A stretch of DNA of 64,000 nt, from assembly GCA_951406725.2 (NCBI GenBank), contig OX597834.1, forward strand, positions 17,298,001 through 17,362,000. Direction: 5' to 3'. This DNA comes from Octopus vulgaris. Taxonomy: Eukaryota. This document shows positions 14,080-24,600 of this stretch, in pieces (within the stretch, counting starts at the first letter, position 1; each line of letters starts with the position of its first letter). Position numbers and translations under genes: made by a program. Under the pieces are notes generated by a model that saw nothing but the letters and a program-made list of their open reading frames with translations, was not told the DNA's origin and did not search any database.

Positions 14080-17000
14080 TTTCATTGTTTTTTTTTTTGT
14101 CCCTCGAAGTGTAGGCTTGAAACATCAAAGACTTTTCCATTCTTCCTGAACATTAAACAATTACACCTGTTTGCTGTTCCTTCACCTGTTTTTGTCCTTT
14201 TTCTGTAAATTTGAACAATATACACACGTAATGGGCTTCTTTCAGTTTCTGTCTATCAGATCCACTCACAAGACTGGTTGGCCTGAGACTATAGTAGAAG
14301 ACCTTTGCCCTGATGAATAAATGGCAGAATAGGATCACCATACCATCAAACCTGTGCCACCATGGAAAGCAGACATTATACATTGATGATATGTATGTGT
14401 GTGTGTGTATGTGTGTGTGTGCACATGCATCATTCAAATGCCAGCATGAAAAAAGAGATGTTCAACGATGATGATGTTGATGATGATGATGTATATATAT
14501 GAGCATGTGTGTATGTGTGCGGATTACCTATGTTCAGTTCACTGCAGGATGAAGGCCTTAGCATGTTCCCTCCACCATCCATGGTTTGATATGCATGCCT
14601 TGAATTTGAGCTTCAGATAATACTACTTTGATGAGCCTGTGCTGCCATACTGGCTTGGCAGAGCGATGTAGTTTATATATTCTTGCCCAAGAGTAGTTAA
14701 GCCAATTACATCAACCCCAGTGCTCAACTGGTCCTTAACTTATCCTTATTTTATTGACCCCTAAAGGATGAAATGCAAAGTTGGCCTTGGTGGATTTTGA
14801 ACTCAGAAGGTAAGCACGGACAAACACCACTAAGCCTTTCTCCAGGCATGCTAACGATTCTGTCTCACACATTCTCTGAGTGGCTGTGTGGTAAGTAGCT
14901 TGCTTACCAACCACATGGTTCCAGGTTCATTCCCACTGCGTGGCACCTTGGGCAAATGTCTTCTACTATATCCTTGGGCTGACCAAAGCCTTGTGAGTGG
15001 ATTTGGTAGATGGAAATTGAAAGAAGCCTGTCATATATATATATATATATATATGTGCGTGTATATGTTGGTGTGTCTGTGTTTGTCCCCCAACATCGCT
15101 TGGTAACCGATGGTGTTGTTTTTATGTCCCCGTAACTTAGCGGTTCGGCCAAAGAGGCCGATAGAATAAGTACTAGGCTTCCAATGAATAAGTCCTGGGG
15201 CCGATTTGCTCGACTAAAGGTGGTGCTCCAGCATGGCTGCAGTCAAATGACTGAAACAAGTAAAAGAGTACCTTTCCTTGTGTTTTTTTCCTTTCTATCT
15301 CTGTCACTAATGCTACCAACATGACATTGCTTCTCTTTCACTCAGACATGAGAGACAAAGAAATAAAACAAATCAATAATTCAAAAGGAGAGAGAAGTGT
15401 TAGATTTGTTGGAATCAGGGCTCACTGGATACTCAGGAGTCTCAGACTAGCTGCAAAGGACAGAGAATTGTCAGAAGCTGCTGAGAAAACAAGCCATTGA
15501 AGAGCGGGAAAGTGTTTAAACAGACATAGTGACTGTTTATGTCCAACATTTAGTCTTACACAGTAAACATGCAACAAACACTATAAAGTAGAAGGTAAAG
15601 TTATTAAAATACTACTAATAATGTACGAAACCAATGTTTGTTAGTGTTACACATTTATATCTATGTGTATACGCAGGTATACGTATGTAGAATACATCCC
15701 CACTTTTGGCACTATTTTGTTAGAACAGTACGAACTGTGCCTAAGATAAATGTATCACTATTTTTCTCTTTATTGTTTCAATTTGATCATCGAGCACGTT
15801 AGAACAGTACGAACTGTGTCTAAAGTATAAATGTATCACTACGCTGAATGTTGACAGTCCGTGTAACATGCAAAGTAAATAAACACCTAAAACAATAACA
15901 ATGGCTTCATATTGGTTGTCTATCCCATCAGAACCCAAACTACACATAACAGTTAGTTTATCGCAAGTTCTAGTGAAAATGAGAGTCAATGGATGTCGTA
16001 CTACTTACTTGACTCCATCTCTTCTTGCTACGAATCTTGTGCTTATTTTTCATGTGAATCATGAACAAATTTCCACCTGGAAGAGTCCATTCCAAACGGC
16101 CACCATAAGGAGTGTCGTATTTAGTGGGAGGTTTCATACGAAGAACAATGTTATGTACACAGCTGGATAAAAGAAAAATGTCTATGAATTTCTGTATCTA
16201 TGTTCATCCATTTCATTTTTGCTCTCATTTTTTTTTTTATAACACCAAATGATGTCTTATCAGTAACATGTTAAATAGTCAACAGTAACAAGTTGTGCTT
16301 CAACAATGTTTCTTAATAACACCAAACATTTGTTATATACATAATAATAATAATAATGAAATTATTGTATACAGTGCTCAGGTGCACCACAACTTGTCAG
16401 AAAGTGCATATAAAGTACATGCAGTAATGTAAAAATGTCTGGAAAGCGAACAATATATGAGTCAGATACATACCTGTGTGTGTATGGAGGGGAGAAAATC
16501 AGGTGTAGTGTTGGCGAATCTCAGAAAGCATGGAAATTTTGAAGGATGCAGTGCTCCTACAACTAACAACTGATGCTGGTAGTTTGTTCCATGCTTCAGC
16601 AACTCTCAGCGTGAAAAAATGTTTCCTAAAGTCATGGAAGCTGTGCTGTTTTCTATTGTATTGTCCTATGTTAAGTGTGTGAATAATGAAATTGCTAAAA
16701 AAATATAAACTGGGAGATCTCATGCATATAGGAGATGGTGTCTGTCCACAACAAGAACAATCTCCTTGGGAGTAAGTTGAGGGGTGAGAAATATCTTTTT
16801 AAACCAGGAAACTAGCTTTTTGCTACTTCCAGAGTAATGGGGACTAATTATGTAGTTAGTAAGCAGAACCTAGTTTTAACCTGGGAGAATATTGAGAATG
16901 TGACAGCTGAAGAGTAGAGAGGATTGTACCAGCACTTGCCTGGCACTCATTTTTAGATACATAGATTTGGAGCCGAGTGAAATGACCTGCTCAAGAGTCT

Positions 17001-19383
17001 AACACCTTCAGCACTAGCACACTCAGACAACAAAGTGCAACTGTTTGGAAGCTGGTGATTTGGCAGGGCTGAATGGACATTTCGGTGCCAGTGCATTGTG
17101 GTACTGTAAGTAAACATACTCACACAAATATACACACATATAAATGGAAAGAGAGAGAGCACGATGACAGTCTGTAACCCACTTCACCAGTGGTGCATGT
17201 AGGGGTGAGGGCAGTCTGCCTAAGCAATATCAACCCGGCAGAAACTGCCTCTGGCTCTGTAGTACAAATGTCTTGTTTTCAAAAGCTCTGAATTAAAATC
17301 TTCCACCAAACCTTAGTGCAGCTAGGGGTGAGGGCAGTCTGCCTAGGCAATGCTTTTAACCCTTTCAATATCAACCCGACAGAAACCGCCCCTGGCTCTG
17401 TAGTACAAATGTCTTGTTTGCATAAGTTCTGAATTAAAATCTTCCACGAAACCTTAGTCACAATTTATGTTCCTAACATTAGCTTAATGATAACTAAGTT
17501 ATTTTACTAAATTCTTTGTTATATTTAAAACTAATTGACAGAAACACAGAGCATCTCAACAGAAATATGGTAACAAAAGGGTTAAACCTGTATAGAAGTA
17601 AAGAGAAGAGTGCAGTGAACTGAAAGGGTTGCCCTCAGTTGCACACACACTAGCTGCACCACTGCACTGTACCACACACTAGCTGCAACTGTGACTATAA
17701 GGTTGTTTAAGGTAAAATTGTTAAATAATTGTTACATACCTCAAAGCTGAATCCATGACACTCATTAATTGCTTAACAAAATAATTGATCTGGCCATCTT
17801 TGTCAAAGGCATCATCTATTATAAGGTGAGCTGTAAGAACATGTAAAAGGAAGTTGGAGTTTTTTATTTAACCCTTAAATGTGAGAGGACATCAATTGAT
17901 GTTTCATTAGAAAAAAATATCATTAATTGAGGTTAAAAAAATTTTTAAATCGATATATCAGAAAAATGAATATTTGACCACTATTTTTGATAACATTATC
18001 GTTTTTATGTTTCTTGTTTTTGGTCAGTAAGCATTATTTCCTATTTGAAATCAAAGGAAATGACTATTACTTTCTTCAGACTTTGCTTTCGTGACACGAA
18101 CATCAATGTTGTGAAACTGACCTATTTTCCATTACATTTGAGACAGATTCAGTGTTGAGATACTGAAGCAGAGTTATTAAAGTAAATATTCTGCTCAATA
18201 CTACAGATTTGAGTGACCTCATATGGGCTGAACCTAGTTGGAATTAAATTTTTTTTTTTAAATTTAACAGTCTGATGTCTTTCCTGCTAATAGTTAAAAG
18301 TAAAATCGGAGTGGAACTTGTTTATCAGTCAGGTAGACTGAGGAATGCAATGCTATCTGCCTTGCCCATAACCACATACGTAAGCAACCAACTTTACTGA
18401 ATTCAAACAAAGAAATTGGTATATTCTAGAAATATATTTCCTGTACAGTTGATAATATTGATGGAATTAATAATTCATAAACGAATTAAGCGAGTGAGAG
18501 AACAAGTTTGAAGGAGAGAGCGAAAGTGAGAAAGAGTGCGTGCAAAAGCGGGCAAGAGAGAGAGAGAGGGGGAAAGAGAAAAGGTGTGAGTGAAAAAGAG
18601 AGAGAGTGCAGAGAGCAAAGAAAAAGAGGGAGCGAAAACGAGAAAGAGCACATGTGAAAGCAGGTGAGTGAGAAAGGGAGAGCAAATGAAAGAGAAAGAG
18701 AGTGCGAATAAAAGGAGAAAAGGGGAGAGAGAGAGAGACAGTGTGCATGCAAAAGTGGGTGAGAGAGAGAAAGAGAAAAGGCGTGAATAAGAGAGAGAGA
18801 GAGAGAAAAGAAAACACGTGAGAACCCTTAAAAGTAATGCAATAATTGTCACCTTCAAATGTATAATAGTCTGGATCCACAAGGTCAAAATACAGTCGTG
18901 CATGGCGGCGAGCACACTGATCAATGTCCAATCTGTGATAAAAACAGAAGAATTTAATTGTAAGAATTAATGTGAAAATAAGGAACAGAATGGAAACAGA
19001 TCTGTTCTGGTTAAAACCAGTGGAGCAGCAGATCTGGTAAGACAATAGACAAAATGTCTGGCCATAATCAGTAACATCTCTTTAATCTAGTACAGAATTA
19101 CTTCTGTGCATTAGTAGCAACTGTTAGTTACTGATTATCTATGTAATTAAAAAGGATTTCTCTATAATAACCCTTACTCTTTTACTTGTTTCAGTCATTT
19201 GACTGCGGCCATGCTGGAGCACCGCCTTTAATCGAGCAACTCGACCCCGGGACTTATTCCATTTGTAAGCCCAGTACTTATTCCATCGGTCTCTTTTGCC
19301 GAACTTCTAAGTAACGGGGACATAAACACACCAGCATCGGTTGTCAAGCAATGCTAGGGGGACAAACACAGACACACATATGC

Positions 19384-19416
<33 letters not shown>

Positions 19417-19856
19417 TACATATATACGACGGGCTTCTTTTCAGTTTTCGTCTACCAAATCCACTCACAAGGCTTTGGTCTGCCTGAGGCTATAGTAAAA
19501 GACACTTGCTCCAGGTGCCACGCAGTGGGACTGAACCTGGAACCATGTGGTTGGTAAGCAAGCTACTTACCACACAGCCACTCCTGCACCTTGTATAAAT
19601 ATTTTAATCTTTTTTAATACACACACACACGCGCGCATACTTCTATTTGTTTTGGACATCCTTATAATTTCAAATGAGGCTCACCTGAAGATCGACTTCA
19701 GAAGTTTCATCATCTCGATTTCACTTTCATGCCACAGAGTAACACAAACAAAAATCCTTGGTTTCATTACCTCAGCCAGACCTAAATTAATAGAAGCACT
19801 TTCTGAACCGGGGTAAGAACTCCGCGAATAATTTCGAATCTGTTGATAAATGAAGC

Positions 19857-19901
<45 letters not shown>

Positions 19902-21648
19902 AGAGCATGAACAAAATGGCGATAACACTTTCTGCTTTTCATTACTTATAAATATCCATTTAAAAAGAGTTGAAGTGCGAATTTATTTTTGGTCCATGGT
20001 TGGATAAAAATTGTTTTTATGAAATATATATGACAAGATGCAATTGGCTGACTGTGTAATCTGTACAGAAGGCTTATGGCCCAGTGTCTACTGAGTAAAC
20101 CCACACCATAGATAAAAGAGTGTTTGGGGATCTTGGGGAGGCCTGATTCAGCTGACGTTTTTATGGAAACGGTATTTTTGGGCTCTGCTGTATAAGCCTG
20201 TATAGGCTGTCTTTCTGTGGGGGCGAGTGAGTTAAGGGGCGACTTTTACAAGAGCTACTCTGGGTAGTACACATACTAGCTATGCCATTGGATCCTACCT
20301 CATTAACACGAAGTGTGGGATATTGTGATATTCCTGTCTGTTTAAAGCATTCACAAGCAATCTGCTGCCTGTGGGACTTTCTGCATGGCACGCCTAACGA
20401 AGAATTATTTTGCATATTTTTTTTTAACAGTGCGACCCGCCTGATGAAGTTCCATGACTTATGCGGCCCGTTTCTCCAAAAGGATTGCCCATGCCTGGTT
20501 TAAAGGACATTAATTTTATAAACAAGTCGGCGGGCTGGCAGAATCTTCCGACTTTTTAGGTTCTGATTTCAAATCTTGCCGATGTCAACTTTGTCCTGCA
20601 TTCACACGACGTCGATTAAGTAAAGCACCACTCAAGTAATGAAATCGATGGTATCGACTTATTGCCCCTCTTCTCAAAACTGCAGGCCTTGTGCTTAAAT
20701 CAGAAATCATTTATATAAACTGATTTCGAACTGGAAACTGAAACCAATTTGTGGACTTGTTTCCGTAGAACTTTGAGCTACACAAACGGGCGCGCGCGTT
20801 TGGGCTCTTATATTCTGCCCTTCATCAATTCCTGGGCATTACTGTCGCGAGCCCTATGACTTTTAGAGCTGGTCACTCGGTTTCCATGGTGTATAAGTGA
20901 CCAAGATCCCAACGCGCCCCACCACTTCCGAATGGAACGGCAGTTCGTCGCAGGGTTATTCGCATACAGCAGAACAGTCTGGAACAACGTGAAATGAAGT
21001 GTTTTGCTAAAGAAAGAACACAACGGACCTCCCGCTCCGGGAATCGAACCCACGATCTTACGGTCGTGAGTGGAACACCCTAACCACTAAGCCAGTTGCA
21101 TTCATTTTAGTCTTTCCAAACCATTCGAATGTTAGTTTAAAGACTTCTCTTGGAAGTTCGAGAACAATTAAGCAGAAAACATTAAGAAGATCAATAACTA
21201 TTCCACAATACAACTCGATAATAAGGATAGTTCGGGTAATCGATAATGTTTATAAGAAAGGTAGAACGTATTAATCGATGTATCATCAATTATTTGTATA
21301 AACGAACAATTCTTACACTTGATTCGATTGATTTGAATCGAAAATCGTTCCGTCGTTTGTTGAGAAACAGGAATTGTTCCAAGTTGATGGCACAATACAT
21401 TGGTTTGACAAACAACCTGGAAAAACAAACAACAGCAACAATTCATTGCTTTTGTTTACCGACGAGGGAAAAGCCCGCCCAAAACAATAAAACTATCTAT
21501 ACTGAACAAATGTGATGTAACCAGTGGTGTAGCTAAAGGGGGAGCGACCGCATCCCACCAAGGCCATAATTTAAAAAAAACTCTTTAATTACCTATATCA
21601 GTAGTTGTAAGCTTCATACATAATGAGATCATTACTGAAACATGATAG

Positions 21649-21683
<35 letters not shown>

Positions 21684-24600
21684 GAAATAGATAGAGAGAG
21701 AATTACGATGGGCTTCTAGTTTCTGGCTACCAAATCCACTCACAAGGCTTTGGTCGGCCTGAGGCTGTAGTAGAAGACACTTGCCCAAGTTGCCACGCGG
21801 TGGGACTGAACGCAGAGCCATATGGTTAGGAAGCAAGCTCCTTACCACAGCCATAAGTACTTGTACATAACTATGAATTAGTGCAGATTATAAGAGGTTC
21901 TGGACTAACAATGTCTTGAAAATCGATGCTGTACCTGTATCAATATTTAGTTATTCCTCTGAGATATCGTGCACTTACTTGTAATAAGCTAACTACGTCA
22001 TCAACCTATTGACAAAACTAAGTTTCAAAGTCTATGTCCCGTTCTCTATTAGTCTTCTGTTATAATAAATATTTTCGTTTAGAATATATCAAAAGAATAT
22101 TATATCAACTCCAGTACTTAAAACTTGATGAAAATCGATAAAAAGGCAGTTAATCGCAGTAATTTCGTCCGATGTTTTAGCCATTCTGCCAGTCTACTGT
22201 TTGTGGACACGGTTGACAAATTCCCTCTTTTGACAGTGGTCATGTTATATCTAGTATGCCAAACATTCGGCCTTTTTCAAACACGAGTTCAGCCCGCGAG
22301 TGGCGTAGCTAGAGGTTTAAAAACGGAGAACCCAAAAGCTTTTTGAAACTAAAAATAATCAATAATAATTTAATAAAAATACGATTGTTGATGAGCAAAT
22401 GAAGGTTTTGAAAGATTTTTTGACTGCTCTTATTACCAAGTCGAACGACCACGCAAATGCCCCTTCACTGTGTTATGTTTGGAATTAAACTTGATCACTG
22501 TCAGCAGAGGAAGTGGATGGACAGATACCACAACACATGTGTTTCAAAATGCAGTCTCTAAGATACAAACTATAACAAGAATTACAAGAAGAAGGCGATG
22601 GAGAATCTTACTTTTCACTTGATGCCAGTCTCTCTGTCTTGGAACTAAAGATTTGGTTTGCAACAATCAATAACGATATTACCCAAATGATTCCCAAGAG
22701 TATGTGTTCTTTCTCAAAGCTGCATTCCATGTACTCGTTCCAATAACTAGTCTGAATCCATTGAAAAGTTCCCAGTATATTTGTCCATTGCAATTTATTT
22801 ATTTTGATAGCAGACAAAATAATTAGTGCCAGAGGTGTCAACACTGCTAATGGTAAGACAAAGCAAGGAATCTGGCAAAGTATTCTACAAGCTAACTTAA
22901 CGCATTGATAGCACAAAAAACTCGAGAGTAGATTGATCAGAGCAGTTATGAGGGGTTCGTCGCGATAGCCAGAGTTTTTCAGGTTTAACAAACCGCCTAG
23001 ACAACCATCAGCGATTTTCCTGCGATAGAAAAGTATTTTAAAACAATCTCCATCTTTTCCACCCACGGCGAACACAACCAGGAGGAAACAGAGGATCGCT
23101 TTCCAGATCGTTACAATTAGGTACGTCCTTGTACGAGTTTTTTGCAAGTTTTTCCTTAAAACCGACAGCTTTTTCAGGACATTGTTTGATGGCTTTACGG
23201 CAAGATAATTATCCCACCACTGGAACGATATGAAAATTAGGGACAATGGTAAGATTAAATTCAAATAACACCAACGACCATCATTTACAGGGCGTACAAG
23301 AACCCAGTAGAGTATAATGCTCGATTGTCCAAAAATGGCCAACCAATCGAAGAGCTGGATTATAGGTTTTTGCTGCTTCTGTTCCATGACTTTGAAAACA
23401 CTTGGTAAAATACCAATTCCTTCCAAAACCAGTAATGCTTGGGTTACTTCTAATTGTGGTAAGACCAAATACGCCAGCACAAACAAACCAATCGAATGAA
23501 AGCTTTCTACAGCCATCACCTAAAACGATAGAAATATGTATAATATTATTTGAAAGAAACTGTAGGGTTAAATAAATGAGAAATATTGGTTTTAGTTTCA
23601 CCTGAACAGAAGACAACAGAAAGAAAAATTATGGAAGATCAAACAAAACAAAAATAATGGTAGCGATATGTGTTCAAATATACAAATAAACTTGCAATAT
23701 AGAGGCTTAGAAATTGGTAGCACTTCAAGATATCACCATTATTCCGAATGAAACCAGTCTCTAAGATATTACGGGTATTTCATTAAAAAAAAAAAATTAT
23801 CAAGAGCCATTATAGGCTCTCTTAGATTCACACAACTGGATGACGAATGATGTTTAAATTGAATTGCTTCAACTTAAATCAGCATGGTTAATATTTACAC
23901 TGAATTGTTAAACAGGGAAGCAGAGAACGGAGAAAATGAAGGAGTTCACTACAGACGATGTTGATGGTGGACTGTAGGAATGTTTGAACAAAAATGCTTT
24001 GTAATTAATAAAAGGAATGCAGAGAGAGGGTTTGAATCAAAGAAATGTATAGCCTGTCTGTTCAGAAAAACGGAAGTTACAGCAATAGGAAAGAAAACAA
24101 GACATACATTTCTTTATTCACAGTAGCCACTTATACAGAATATAATGTCAATATTTATAAGGATGAAAAAGATCTTCACCTCAAAATACAACCTAACATT
24201 GAGGCTAGTTAAGTGTTATATCGTACCAGTTGCCCTTTACTGGGCAGAAACTTGGATAATGTAGAGAGCAATGGAAAAGCAAATAAATGCTTTTGAAATG
24301 TGTGTCTTTCGTAGATTGGGTAGAATGAGTTGGAAAGATAGGACAACAAATGCTGTAGTATTAGAAAAGATGAAAGTTCAAAGACACTTATTGTCGAGTA
24401 TCAAGTCCACTAAGCTATCATATTTTAGACATAAAATATGCGTCGCGAGTCGTTTCCCAAGACTACACTGACAGGAAGCGTCAAGAGGAAGAGAAAAAGA
24501 CGTTCGTGAACTGAATCTGGAAACAAGATCCTAGCTGATTGTGTGTATGACAGCACAACACAGAAGGAACTGGAGAGTCTTGAAAGTCTTGGCAAGCCAA

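Noticed and set aside
18467-19045. 192-aa ORF treated as a whole
   Set aside because: Only 18853-18932 is a CHS exon; the rest is CT-rich intron.
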